IMG/VR virus record: IMGVR_UViG_3300028591_000014
Location: 38,957-102,956 of that record
Reading direction: 5' to 3' (one strand)
Source: a virus
Taxonomy: Duplodnaviria; Caudoviricetes
DNA length: 64,000 nt
This document shows positions 15,711-27,945 of this stretch, one piece after another. The position numbers and the translations under genes are program-made. The notes beneath the pieces were generated by a model. That model searched no databases and was not told the origin of the DNA. It saw only the letters and a list, made by a program, of their open reading frames with translations. Within the stretch, counting starts at the first letter, position 1, and each line of letters starts with the position of its first letter.

Positions 15711-17429
15711 TTATCTTATTTTTATTGGTGCGTTCGGAATAACGGGCGCTTGTGGTCCTGGTACAAGCGATGTCATAGCTGGTATTGTAGGCATGTAAAA
15801 CAACGTATTTTTACCTACACCACTACTCTTCTCCCAGTTTAATCTTTCTCTATCTAACGCACCTCTCTGTCGATACAGGTCAAGCATATAATTACCTTGC
15901 TGTCTCTTGAACTCATTAGCAGCATACTGATTAAACACATCAAGCATATTACGTATACCCATTTGCATACCCTGTTGTCTAGCTGCATGAGATCTTGTAT
16001 AATACTCAAGATCATACTGATTTGCTTGCTGTCTACGCTGAGCTTCACTCTATCCATACTGTAATGCGGCATTGGCATAAGCAGCTTTATATTGGTTATT
16101 TTGAGCCTGTATTTGCTGTAGAGCGTTTGCAATGTTCTGCTGGGTAGTAGATAAGCCAGACTGTCTAAACAGCTGTTTCTGAGCCGTATTAAGGCCTCCA
16201 GAAGCATTTACAGCATAGTTTGTTCTGGCTTCTGCGTTCCTAAGTTGCTGTATAGTATTATATGGGTTGATACGCAGGCCTGCCAACGTATTAAGACCTC
16301 TGTTCTGATACGGGTTTGCTACATAAGTATCTGGTTTATATGGAGTGTCATTTAATGCTTGTAGATATTGACTCAATCCAGCAGCTCCACCCAGTATACC
16401 GCTCGCCATATTATAATACGGATCGATATAACCATCTTTAAATCCTGGAAGTCCGTTTGCACCACGTTTAACATTTTTAGCAATATAATCGCGCTCAAAC
16501 GCATCTCCAACCTTATCGACTTCGGCCTACGTTCTCTTTCTTAGCTCTGAATATACTTTATCATTTGCTTTAGATTTGCCCATGTGCTGATCAATCTCCG
16601 CTTGAAGTCTTGCCCACGGCATAGCAAGTTTTGCGTATTCTTCTGGAATAACTCTCGTACTGTCTTTTACATACGACTTCGCATTATCGTTTGGGCCTCT
16701 ATCTACAGGAGCAGAAGAAACACCTGGTTCATTAATAATCTCTCCTTTCTGCGTGTTAGCATTTGGAATACCAAACTCAAGACCTCTAGAAGTGTTTATC
16801 AATTGAGTACCAAAACTCGGTTTTCCTTTCTTATAAGAGAACAACGTTTGCCCTTCTTGGTTACCATACTTCAACGCTTGATCTTGCTGCAAAGATGCTG
16901 TCATTGCATAGCTTCTGTTCATATCAGATAGTCTGTTTACCTTATCCTGTGCAGCAGCTAACTCTCTTTCGGCAGCATGCTTTCTACTATTACCGCCTAT
17001 CAGACCCGCAGCAAGTCCTCCAAGAAGTCCTACACCAGCACCAATGGCGGCTCCTATAGGACCAGCACTTTCACCAATTATCATACCTGTAGTAGCTCCA
17101 GCACTAAGACCAGTACCAATTCCAGTAAGCGTAGTGTTTATAGTGTTGCGAGTATTCTCAGCTTTGACAAGATCCATCTCTCTTGAAACGTTAATGTCAT
17201 TATACTTCGTATAACCGATATCATTAACATTCATCTGAGTTGTGCCATATTTCTATATATAATCGTCTGTAGTAGTATTAAACGATTTTGCATTAGATAT
17301 TCCTGCCGCAAGATTACCAGCAGCCTATAATGTGGCTGCTGATCCTGCCATAATATCTCCTAGTTTTCCTTCTTCATATGAAGGAAGACCGTTGTTTATC
17401 TATTTTCTTTCTTTTAAACTTAAGCCCAT
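15711..17429 (-). CDS. Virion cargo/ejection protein with Gly/Ala-rich hydrophobic segment (~572 aa)
   Basis: Fragments 15711, 16050 and 16527 are co-frame. ATG 17429 overlaps the muzzle stop. Contains GPIGAAIGAGVGLLGGLAAGLIGG (glycine-zipper-like) and Q/A/N-rich coiled coil. Confidence 0.7.
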
Positions 17430-20400
17430 GATATTCTATATTTGGTCGTAATGTATTGTATAGAGAAATCAGTATTGTTACTAGTAGACCACAATATAGA
17501 TTGCATGGTCTTACCTTTAAGTCTTCCACCATATTGGTTAGAAGATCTGGTATCTCTTGGTATATTTAATCTGAAGTCATACTCTCTGTTAGTAATTCCC
17601 TCGCCGTTCTTTAATTCTCCTTTTTGTTTAAGCGGAGTCTTATATTCTGCATGTATTGGTTTCAGATCCTTTTCGTCTCCTCCATAGAATCTTCCACCTA
17701 TCATTTGTATATCGAACGTCTTATTTATCGAATTTCTACTGTTAACCACGTATTCTAACTTTGGGAATACGTTCGTATCAAACAGCGTAGAAGTATTGCT
17801 ACTTACATTATTCTTATACACGCTGGTAGAACTTAATATGTACTGTTCATTATCAAACAACATTGTCCACATCGGCATAAACTTGTATACTGATGTAAAC
17901 TTCTGTATATCTTCATTGAATACCAACGTTTCATTGTTTACACACTGACACAAAACCTCATTGTACTTCTAATCAAACAGTAGCTTTGGATTATCATTTA
18001 CAGCAGACTTGTTCATGTAGTTCTTACACAAGTGAGTGGTATTCAATGGCGTAGCTGAATATTTATCTGTATACTGTAATATTTCTTTATTATATTCATC
18101 CCACCAGTATAATGATCTGTTTGACTGTGTATCAGCAAACTGGTTTGCCTTCATTCCGTATGTTGTAGAGAAGTAATCAGACCTTTCAAGTACTCCACCA
18201 GTACCGAGTGTTACTTGTGTATCAGAAGAATCTTGTAATACAATACGCTCGTTTACTGCCAGCAATCCTGTAGCATGCTCTTGCCAGAATATAAGCTTAT
18301 CTTTAAACAGCCTCATGTCTGTTATAGCACCGTGTCTAGAATCAACGTCTAAGAAATTAGCCGCTTTAAATTGTAGCCAGTTATCAAACTTCTCTCCGTT
18401 TGTCTTCTGTTCTGAGAAATGCACACGAACATCATACTCTTCCGTCTGCTTTTCATATACACCAGAAGTAGTAAAACCTAATACATCTGGGTTAGCATTA
18501 TACGATGTATCATATAGATAAGCCCCTTTATCTTGAGTATATCCTCTAAATGATACAGGTTCGTCTTGCACATTCCAACTTATACCTCCTGGAACAAATC
18601 TATGTCCATATTGTGCCTTTATATCTATATCTGAGAACAAAGGTACTGCATATACAGTACACTGTTGATTTACATGCGTATACGTTGTATCATACCATGT
18701 ATGTGCCGAATTAAATACAAACAAGCTAATGTAGCAGTCTCCACACTGCATGTCATGTTCTGCGCTATCATTAGCATCAAATACCTATCCAAAGGAGTAA
18801 TATACACTATTCTCTCTGGCTTCTTGACTATCTCCTCCGTATGGGTTTGCTACTTTTCGTATATCCGCAACGTCAATGGATGGAAACCCATATCCCTCTG
18901 ATCCAGTTTCGTTGTCTATATCAAAATATGTGCCCTGTTCTGTTTTAAACAATACAGATTTTCCAGATGTACCTGTAAAGTATGTCGCCAAAACAGCTTC
19001 TCCAGCACCTCTTACATTTGCCGGCAATAAGTCAAAATCATCTATATTTCCCAGATTTGTTTTTATAGTGTCTTTTCTACCCTATGAAACTGCTATGGCC
19101 AATCCACATGCAGTCCACCCTATATAAGTTTTATTGGCGATTCTTGTTACATCGTCTATAATTCTAATGTTATCGTTTATAGAAAATGTATTATATTCAG
19201 GCACTTTTGGAAACGCACATTCTTCTATAGTCGCTTCTCTAATCCGATTCTATATATCCTTTTGTATACTAGGAAACATATAATTTAAAACGACCCTTCC
19301 AGAGTTTCTTCCTCCGAGAGCAGATAATCTTGGACCCATTCCGCTATAATCAGAGACGTCTTCAAGATCTACCGTGTTCTCAGTATATTCATTAGTACCA
19401 AGTAGTGTAGCCCATTCTCCATCACTCAATATGAACTATCCAAAATCAAATCTATATGTATACTAATCGGCCTCTTTTTGCAGTATAACAGATTTTGTAT
19501 TAACGTTGCTCTAATCTCGTAATATATATCCTGCCGGATACTTCTCTGCATCAAATATTTGCGTGTTGCATTTGTATTTAGCAACAGGGTATATTTTCAT
19601 TGAACCTGAATATTGTTCATACAAATCCTACATGTCATCTGACTGATATACATACTCTGGAGATGCAAACATCATTATATCGCTACTCGACTCACATCTA
19701 ACACGCCCTTCAGGGGTGATATAATTTATTTGTAAATTTTCTAATGATATAAAACCAGTAGAACATAAGTAATCTCCGTATTCAGGATATCCACTGAGGG
19801 GATAATGATTGCTGATTTTGGTAGCACGGCCAATAAGACCCTGGCTTATTGTCTTTTTATCATTTAATCCGCGTAAACATCTGACGACCTCGTATTTAGA
19901 ACAACCGGCAATATTTGCTTTTTGTCTAACTTTTACAACAATTGGATACGCTGTATAATCTGGAACATTATCGGTTATTGTTCTTTGATTAATCGATAGC
20001 CAATTATACTAACTATAGTCATCCAATATAAGATCTTGTACCCATATTACAGATGAAGCATTACCTTTAGTGTCATATAATATTACACCAAATCTATACG
20101 TCTCTCCTGGCCTAAATGATGTCACTTGAATTTTATACGCATCTCCACCCTGATTTCCGTCCATATTTAACTCGTATCCAGTATCACTTGTATGAGCAGT
20201 GAGCTCAAAGTAATCTTCTGGATGTGCTTTTACAGCTTCAAACTTCTTGTCTACATCAGACTAAGCATAACGTATATTACCAGCAAATAAGTAGTCATTC
20301 TTTGATTCGATAACCTTAGGTATAATACCTAACGATAAGTATGATACAAACTCTGGTACAGCTATATCGGCAATATCATTTGTACCAGTATCTACATAAG

Positions 20401-21229
20401 TACTATTTGGTGTATACTTCTGATCATATATGAGTTTTACTTCGGGTACTTGTCCATTTACTCTATATGTAATTCTGAACAATTGTATATGATCAAGATA
20501 TTGTTTTACTTCCGGTAGTATTATATCAACAGCTCTACCGGTTTTGTTTACTTGAGGGTATCCTTCGTTCTTATTTTTATACAAACTCAATACGTTTGTA
20601 AGAGGAGATAACTTTGTAGCACTACCGTTATTAGAATACAACCTGTATGCATATTGTACTTTAGCGGGATTCAACTATCCTACGTTGTTAGATATTTCTA
20701 CATGCAAAGGAAGCAGCATCACATCTGTATACGATGTGAGATATTGTATCTCAGTAGGAATATCTGCTTCATTGGTGTAGGAAGTCTTTATGTTCAACGC
20801 CATTATCTGATGTTCTCCGTCTGCTATATACAATCTAAAGACATCTGGAGATTCCCAACGAGTTAGTAAGCATGGGTTTTCTATCATATCTGAACATGGA
20901 CCAAATATTCTTTCGGAGCTATTGTTTTCTTTTGTAAACTTATATATGCTCCACCCGCCAGATACTTGCGCTACAATTATACCATACTGGCGTATACTAG
21001 TAGCTGCCAAGATTTTTACTATCTCGTTCTTATGTTCATCTTTTATACAATTCGTACTACCTGTACCCTCTATCAAATGAAGTTCCCCTGTATTGCTGTC
21101 TGTATTTGTTATAAGCCTTAAATTCTCAGCAAATCTATATTGCTCAGGCTTTATCATAGAATCCGAGGTGTCTGTATTCATACCACCTAAGAAACTATTT
21201 ATCTACATAAGGTTTTCATTAATATCCAT
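17420..21229 (-). CDS. Tail muzzle / stabilisation protein (~1,269 aa)
   Basis: Fragments 17420, 17969, 18785, 20261 and 20675 are co-frame, joined by TAG. N-terminus M*INSFLGGMNTD...YRFAENLR, internal SFRPGETYRFGVILYD, FASPE and NFLDVDSRHGAIT motifs, C-terminal GRLKGK, all typical of crAss-like muzzle proteins. Confidence 0.85.
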
Positions 21230-22097
21230 GATAGTAGTCGTTGTATGTTATTTCTTCTTTTCCTATATGTTCAAAGAACGTATCGTCACCATCCCACTCT
21301 GGAATAAGTTTGTTCCAATCGTTCTTTATATTCTGCATATCGTCTGCTGTAGGCATTATAGCTTCTGCGTATGCTTGGTTCCTATAGAAGTTCCATTGTT
21401 GCTGTGTATAGAAGTAGCTATTAGCTGCGTACTTCTGTGCATACTTAGAATCACCTCCAAGCTTTCCTGAAATCCATTTGGGGAACGTAAGCTTCATTAC
21501 AACATACCAATATACAGCTTCTTGGTATGAAGACAGGTCTGGGATTAGCGGGTAGCCACGTTCATCTGTAGCGATTGCCTTGTATGCAATCTTTATAAAT
21601 CCATTCTTTTTGTTTGTTACAATCCAGCCTGGCTTTATAAAGTATTCAGCTTTCTTATCAACCTGATCAGCGTACATCTTATCTACATACTTGGTTGTAT
21701 TTATAGTATAGAACTAAGACTGTGATGTTATCTTCTTAAACCCAGGAGGTTGATGGAACATATCTCCGTGTTGGAGTGGATTCTTCTTTGGTCCTTTAAA
21801 CACTGATGTAGATGTGCTCATAGGAGTCCAAGGACCGGTTGGCTTATGCGAGTAAGCAACTCCATCTAATACCGCAAGATCTGCAGGTATCGGCACTTGA
21901 TAATCGCATATTTCATACACAGGTACACCATCTACGCCCGATTCTTTATGTATATATTGCGTCGGGGCGCCTATCTTGTCGATGGCTTCAAATATCCATT
22001 CGCGTATGTCGGTAATGCGCTACCGTACTTCAGAAGCATCTAAATCTGCCATAATCTTTGCTATGACAGATTCACACTTTATATAATTGTATATCAT
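21219..22097 (-). CDS. Tail ring (tubular/adaptor) protein (~292 aa)
   Basis: ATG 22097 (MIYNYIKCESVIAKIMADLD...WIFEAIDKIGA), co-frame with fragments 21714 and 21219. Has YKAIATDERGYPLIPD motif. Directly upstream of the muzzle gene. Confidence 0.8.
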
Positions 22098-22518
22098 TTA
22101 TATCTATATAATCTTGTTTATTAAATATGAGCTGCGCTAGCTTGCGCTTATTCTATCTAACTAAACTTAGCTAGTATTTATATCTGTCTGGGAATGTGCG
22201 AGGTATCTTTGACCAAAAAAGTCTATATTTATATCCGTCAGAATGTTCATTCAGGTGATATATCCGTTTATCGTATAGTTTACTTGCTTTGTAATCTACA
22301 GATAAAGAGTCTGCTGATAAAGTCTTAGGTAGGTATTTGCCCACCTAAATAAAACCTAGCCCATATGGCATTTTAAAGCCTTCTGAGCCGTTTAATACGT
22401 GTTCTAGTATAACTTTACACATCTCGTCCAAAACGCGCTTGTAGAGGCTGTAATTGGCCTCTATTGGCAACTCTTTATACATATCCCTGAATGTAATAGA
22501 CTACTTACTCTTCCTCAT
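22072..22518 (-). CDS. IHF/HU-like DNA-binding protein of the crAss tail module (148 aa, 4 TAG); absent from supplied ORF track
   Basis: MRKSK*SITFRDMYK...GFKMPYGLGFI*VGK...SVDYKASK...YHLNEHSDGYKYRLFWSK...R*NKRKLAQLI; ends TGA 22072. Confidence 0.75.
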
Positions 22519-23236
22519 CCTGTGGACCATGTGGTTTTACGCTAGCAAGAGTAGCATTGTTGCTATCATCGCTAGGACGGTTGAGCATAAACGCCAATTC
22601 ATTTTTTATGATTCTTTCTTTTATACCCGGGACCATCCATGCCGGAATCTCTACGGAATCCTCATCGTCTGGTGTATCTTCGCTGCCATCAGCTGTGTCA
22701 TCTTTAACTTCTTGTAAGAACAACACGTATATATACTTAAGCTCTCCTTTATCATTCAAGCCTTGTATATACACGTGTCTATCGTCGCTATAATATCCTG
22801 TTAGCTCTCCAAATGTATATCTGCGCCAATAGTTATAGTGTCTACGTATATGGTCCATATACTGTATATTCTCACCTTCCTGATCATGTATAGCAAGTAT
22901 ACTCTGCGGACTATTATCCAGTACGTTCTGCAGTTCTGCTACTGTACGCTTGGTGTAGATAGGTTTATCAGATTTAGATTTAACCTCCTCTAATGCTAAC
23001 GGACCAACTTCGACTCGCTTAATAAACTCATCATCGTCTGTAAGCTCAGAATCAAAACCATACTGCTTTGCAATAAGCTTACGTCTTTCACGCTCCTCTT
23101 TCCATATCTGGTTTTTATAAGCCTTTATCCAGGAGTGTATCTGAGCTCTAGACAAGTCTTCGCTCTCGCTTATGTTGTTGTTTCTTACAAGTAGAAGTAT
23201 ATCGTCTGTTAGTGTTTTTAAAGAAATCTTAGCCAT
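22505..23236 (-). CDS. Tail ring protein (243 aa, no TAG)
   Basis: Intact ORF. N-terminal helix LTDDILLLVRNNNISESEDLS..QIHSWI and C-terminal EIPAWMVPGIKERIIKNEL...PSDDSNN. Confidence 0.7.
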   Translation of the reverse strand: MAKISLKTLTDDILLLVRNNNISESEDLSRAQIHSWIKAYKNQIWKEERERRKLIAKQYGFDSELTDDDEFIKRVEVGPLALEEVKSKSDKPIYTKRTVAELQNVLDNSPQSILAIHDQEGENIQYMDHIRRHYNYWRRYTFGELTGYYSDDRHVYIQGLNDKGELKYIYVLFLQEVKDDTADGSEDTPDDEDSVEIPAWMVPGIKERIIKNELAFMLNRPSDDSNNATLASVKPHGPQDEEE

Positions 23237-23237
23237 G

Positions 23238-23894
23238 TTATTTTTTTACTTCTACTATTTTTACATCTTCTAACTTAACAAGGTCGTTGGTATTTACTAT
23301 TTCATACTTATACTTATTAACCTTCTTAAAGTCAAAAGTAAAGAGCCTCTTTATAAAACTCTTTTTATTCCTATACTCTCTATTAGTATAGATATATAAA
23401 TATTCAGTATTACGTATATCTAAGTTTATATTTACAGTATCTTTACCAATAGTATATTTCACTAATGTGAGGTCATTACATCTTACACTATCAGAGTATA
23501 TACTATCCTTCAATATAGTGATTAAATCTTCTTTGACCTCGTTACTAATATTAACGTTTATCAACTATGTTTGAGTTGCAGCGGTTGTAACCTGTTTGGG
23601 TTTAATCTTAAGCTACTCACGAACACTATCTATCTCTTGTACAAGTTTATCATTGTACGTCTGTAATTCATCTACTGTTAGCTTTAAAACATTATTGGCC
23701 TACTAGGACCCCTATAAGGAGCCCTAATAGGCCTCAATGTTATTCTAAGCCATTTCTAGGCTTTCTGACAGCTTTTTATTTTGTCTGCTTAGAGTTATCC
23801 CCCAAGCCACTAAAAACGCAACAGAGAGGCCTACAATGGCCTTTATGACGTTATTTCGATGAACTACTAACCACGTTAGTATTTCCCCTATCAT
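23238..23894 (-). CDS. Putative inner-membrane spanin-like lysis protein (218 aa, 7 TAG)
   Basis: ATG 23894; N-terminal TM segment (AIVGLSVAFLVAWGITL) then coiled coil and KKSFIKRLF; immediately downstream of the holin-like gene. Confidence 0.55.
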
Positions 23895-24144
23895 TTACCA
23901 TCTATTTTAATTCGTCGTATTTCCTGTTCCATATGTTTGTACTTTCCTGGTACTTACCATTCCAGTACATAGTAACTCCAAAGATACTTGCAGCGTAAAC
24001 AAGCGTCTGAGCGACGTATCCTAATATTCCGTTTGTAAGGTCTCCTGAATCAAAATACTGGAAATAGGCAAGTACAATACCGCTGGTCAATGATGCGACA
24101 GCAGTTGTGTACTGTACAATGTCTTTCCATCCTTTCATATTCAA
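23851..24144 (-). CDS. Putative holin (2 TM, 97 aa with read-through of TAG at 23902)
   Basis: Two hydrophobic segments and a charged C-terminus; first TAA at 23851. Confidence 0.65.
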
Positions 24145-25061
24145 TCCCTTTCATCGTTATACCACCCGCTCTGTTCACTAAGATCCAGAGGTATTGTAGT
24201 ATAACCGTCATTAAGTCCAAATGTGATGACGTTATCATCCCCCAACACAGCACTATCAAGATGCTTGTCCTCATACTCATATGCATCGGAATCCTCCCCA
24301 GAAGGAAGACCGTCGATGATTTGAGATACATTCATAAGAACTCCGGTATCGACACCTTCTTGTGTAGAACCTACGAGTTCGAATACGTTAGGAACATCTA
24401 CTGTGATAGTCTTAAGGTTCTAAAGATTGTAGCCAGGTGCGTATACCTGAGCAATAATAACAATTTTATATACACCTGTATATCTCTATGCTGATGCAGG
24501 GAAGCTCAACTCAACAACATTCTGCTTGTTTGTAGCATAAACCTGCGCTCTATAACGCAGATCGTTGTTCTTTGGAAACTTCTTATAAATACCCTCCCAA
24601 CAAGGATGTACTCCGAATCCAGCATAGGGAACAATTCTATGAGGATACGGATGACAATGATACGTTGGGTGGCCACAGCATATATCGTAAGCAGTAGAAT
24701 CAAACGCATTCACGTAGGGTTCTATCGGGTATCTACTAACGAACTGCGGCTTCTTACAGCGCTGCATACGCTCTTCAATCTTGGACGTGTTGATAACGTA
24801 TGCCTTTACTGAACGAATACATATAGGATTTCCAGTAGGCTGAAAATCTATAGACTTATCCGATGAGCTTGTGGATCCGTAGCCGTTGTTTGGATAATAA
24901 ACTTCGTACTGCTTATTCACAAACTCATTGGAGTCTATATTTTCAAAATCCTGCTGAGGTCCTGTATATACTTCGCGTTCTGCAAGGTATTGTCCAGGAT
25001 TAATATACTGACGAAGATCGATGGCGAAACGCAAATCATTGCCTATACGAATCTTCTTCAT
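24141..25061 (-). CDS. Structural protein, tail hub/fibre-attachment-like (306 aa, 2 TAG)
   Basis: MKKIRIGNDLR start; FPASA*RYTGVYKIVI continues in frame into fragment 24141..24335. Confidence 0.55.
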
Positions 25062-25072
25062 AATATATTATA

Positions 25073-26170
25073 TCAAGCGGAGGGGTTTACGTCCTTACCT
25101 TCTTTCTCGCCAGAAACGAAAGCGTCAAGAATACCCTTGAGACCGCTCATTGTAGACTCATTCGAGTTGTTCTGAGCAGAATAAATCTCAAGAACCTGCT
25201 TCGTCTTGCGCTGGATATCGTCAGCAGCACGGTACATATTCTCAAACTCGAGAGTAATAGCATCGTAGTGCTTGTCGAGCTGAGTTTCCATATCGGGCTT
25301 GATGATAGGCCATGTGCCCTCACCACGGTTCAGGATACCCTGATAACCCATACCCCAAGACTCGCGATCACGAACCAGCTTAGCGCTTGCGGGATACTGC
25401 TTACCAGGAGTCTTAACAATTGTAGCACCAGTGATGAAGTGCTTGTTCAGAGACTCCCAACCATCGCCAGCGGGATCAGTGTAATACATGTTAGCGTTGA
25501 AACGAACCTTGTTGGCCCAGTTCAGCGAATCTACACTGTCGTCATCGTCGTAAGGCAGAGCGGTAATGGTGAGAACACCACTAGCAGCACTAGCCTGAAC
25601 GCGAGCACGCTTCCAGTCATGGTTGATAATGTTAGCAATACCGGCAGCAATCGTAGTAGCCGTGTCGCCGTCCTTAGTTACATACTCGTAACTCTCAGTC
25701 CACTTGCGATAGCGGTGAGGCATATCCTTGTATGTCAGACGAACGATGATGCGCTTGCCTGCGGTAGAAAGCAGCTTGTTAGAACCGATCAGATCTGTAG
25801 CACCGGTGAAGGTGATAACAACAGAATCCTCGGTATCGGCAGCATACGACTGAGCGCTGTAGCTCTTGATATCACCGGCCTTAATCTCGTTAGACCACTT
25901 AATGATGGGGCGATACTCGGTCGTACCGTCTGACTTGCGCAGAGCGCAGTTCTTCTTCGTGATCAGACCAACCTTAATTGTATAAGCGTTAGCAACATCA
26001 GTTGAGTTGGCAATGTACAGCTTGTTTGAAGCTACATCAGGATCACAGTTCATAACAATGAACTTACCAGCGTCAGACGACGGAGTGTTCATAGCGCCCG
26101 TATTCGTAGGAGCTGCTGTTGCGAGACCACCGACATTACTGACGAGCACAGTATTTACATAATTTACCAT
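25073..26170 (-). CDS. Auxiliary capsid / abundant structural protein (365 aa, no TAG)
   Basis: Intact ORF with GC3-rich codon usage like the MCP; position after the ring genes matches the auxiliary capsid gene of crAss-like phages. Confidence 0.6.
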   Translation of the reverse strand: MVNYVNTVLVSNVGGLATAAPTNTGAMNTPSSDAGKFIVMNCDPDVASNKLYIANSTDVANAYTIKVGLITKKNCALRKSDGTTEYRPIIKWSNEIKAGDIKSYSAQSYAADTEDSVVITFTGATDLIGSNKLLSTAGKRIIVRLTYKDMPHRYRKWTESYEYVTKDGDTATTIAAGIANIINHDWKRARVQASAASGVLTITALPYDDDDSVDSLNWANKVRFNANMYYTDPAGDGWESLNKHFITGATIVKTPGKQYPASAKLVRDRESWGMGYQGILNRGEGTWPIIKPDMETQLDKHYDAITLEFENMYRAADDIQRKTKQVLEIYSAQNNSNESTMSGLKGILDAFVSGEKEGKDVNPSA

Positions 26171-26204
26171 AATTAATTAATTTTCTTCTACTCCCCCTAC
26201 ATAT

Positions 26205-26379
26205 ATATGATGGATTTTTTTAACGAGCGAAGCGAGTTAAAACTCGCGAGCGAGTTAAAAAATATACATCATATAGCTAGACCTAACTAGCTGGGGTTTC
26301 CACGTTAAAAATTACAATAGCTAAGCGAGTATTTATATCGTCCGCTAGGACGATTAAATACGAGCGTAGCGAGTATTTA
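26205..26379 (+). repeat. Palindromic intergenic element with two CGAGCG(A/T)AGCGAG hairpins and duplicated arms
   Basis: TTTTAAC-GAGCGAAGCGA-GTTAAAA (26218-26242) and TAAATAC-GAGCGTAGCGA-GTATTTA (26355-26379). Direct repeats AGCGAGTTAAAA x2 and AGCGAGTATTTATATC x2. Outer IR TATGATG...CATCATA. Confidence 0.8.
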
Positions 26380-26381
26380 TA

Positions 26382-27068
26382 TCATTCTTGTGTTTGAACT
26401 TCGTTGGTGATAGTTTGATAACGCTGATCAGCCTGATTCTCTATATACATCTGAGCAGCTATTTTAAGTATCTCCAACCAAGTATTATCTTTGAAGTCCG
26501 TATATTCTCTAAACGGATCCTCATTTGTTATTTCATCGGGCACTCTTAAGTAACCCAACGTATATTTATTTATCTTATAGTTCTTGTCTGTTAACAGACG
26601 AAAGCCATCCTTAGTTCTTACACGTAAGGGACGAGCTCTATGAAAACGATAGTGAAAGTCTGTAAGTTTGTTATTCACACGGTACATAAAACTGTCAGCA
26701 GTACACTCAAATACACAAGTATCCATCAGATGTCCACCTTTCTTGTCTGATATAACAACATCTTCGTTGAGTACGAACATCATATCTTCTGGATATAGAC
26801 ATTCGTATTCATCGTAAGATTCGTGGTCTCTGCGTGTAAACTTGGTCATAGATACTTCTTTGAAAAGATCTATGAGGTCTCGTGTACGCTTTTCATTTTG
26901 CTCGTATGAAGTTCTCTTCGGGGTATTGCCATTGAAGCGATCCTTAGTAAACTTCACTACTGCCTAGTTAATCCAGTATAACGAATCGTCTGTAACAGGT
27001 TTCTAGATCTGGTCATTGAGCTTGTTTATCTCTAACTCAAAGCCAGCAATCAAATCAATTCCTCTCAT
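26382..27068 (-). CDS. Tail ring protein (228 aa, 2 TAG)
   Basis: MRGIDLIAGFELEINKLND...YWIN*AVVKFTK...YEQNEKRTRDL...YLRVP...EILKIAAQMYIEN...R. Confidence 0.8.
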
Positions 27069-27070
27069 AA

Positions 27071-27802
27071 TTACTCGTCTTCGTTATCTTTATTGCTCTT
27101 CTGTTGCTTCTGTTGAGCTTCTGCTAACTATCTCTTCCTTGCCTCAGCACCAGCTACGTATTGTACATATAAATCTACAGCACCTGTAACAAGATCATCA
27201 AACGCATCCATAGATAATTCACAAGGAGTGCTTGTCATCAAGTCCATATATCTAGGAATCCTGTAGTATGTTATATCAACATCTGTAGGATCAGTATATC
27301 TATCACAAGTAAGCTGAGCCTTATTATCCTTTATTTGGAATATAGGGTTTCGTATAATACGAAAGCTGTCATACGGACGATTGTTCAATTCCAACTGTAC
27401 AGACTGTGGAAGGTACACATTCGTAACAGATCCGCCATTCAGCTTATCTTCACTAGTCTTATATTGGTACATCTTATTAACGTTTGTTGCGCTAGATAAG
27501 TATAAACCAAAGTTTGATGGAAGGTTCATGAAATAACGGTTGTTTGTACCACCAGATAACTGCACATTTGCTGTTGTGATCAATCCACTTAATATAGCTT
27601 CTATGTATGCAGACGGTTTAGACTGTACAGGTATACCATCGAGAGCTTTATATGTCTCATGTACAAGCTTATCCTGATATTGATTTAAATATGAATAGAT
27701 AGTCTCTGTGTCAAGCTTAGCAACAATCTCTGTCTCTGGTATCATTGTCTGAACTCTGCGTTCAAACTCTATACCTAACTGTCGTGTTTGTTCTATTGTC
27801 AT
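27071..27802 (-). CDS. Tail ring protein (243 aa, 1 TAG)
   Basis: LGIEFERR...IYSYLNQYQ...YYRIP...CEL...DDLVTGAVDLY; TAA at 27071. Confidence 0.75.
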
Positions 27803-27945
27803 GCTTCAAGCCCTCTCATATTAACTTTTGAATTAAGTCTTGGAGATTCAACATTCTCAAGTGCGAATGCTATTGCAAGACTTATAAGCTCTTCGGCCAT
27901 AGAATCTGACAGCTCAAACTCTTCGGTTTCAGAAAATTTATACAT
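27799..27945 (-). CDS. C-terminal fragment of a split ring protein (48 aa)
   Basis: MYKFSETEEFELSDSMAEELISLAIAFALENVESPRLNSKVNMRGLEA* matches the C-terminal helix pattern of the two neighbouring ring paralogues. Its ATG overlaps the upstream stop and its TGA overlaps the next ATG. Confidence 0.65.
   Translation of the reverse strand: MYKFSETEEFELSDSMAEELISLAIAFALENVESPRLNSKVNMRGLEA

Noticed and set aside
26218-26383. CRISPR array
   Set aside because: Only short paired repeats with no regular repeat-spacer period; no cas genes seen.
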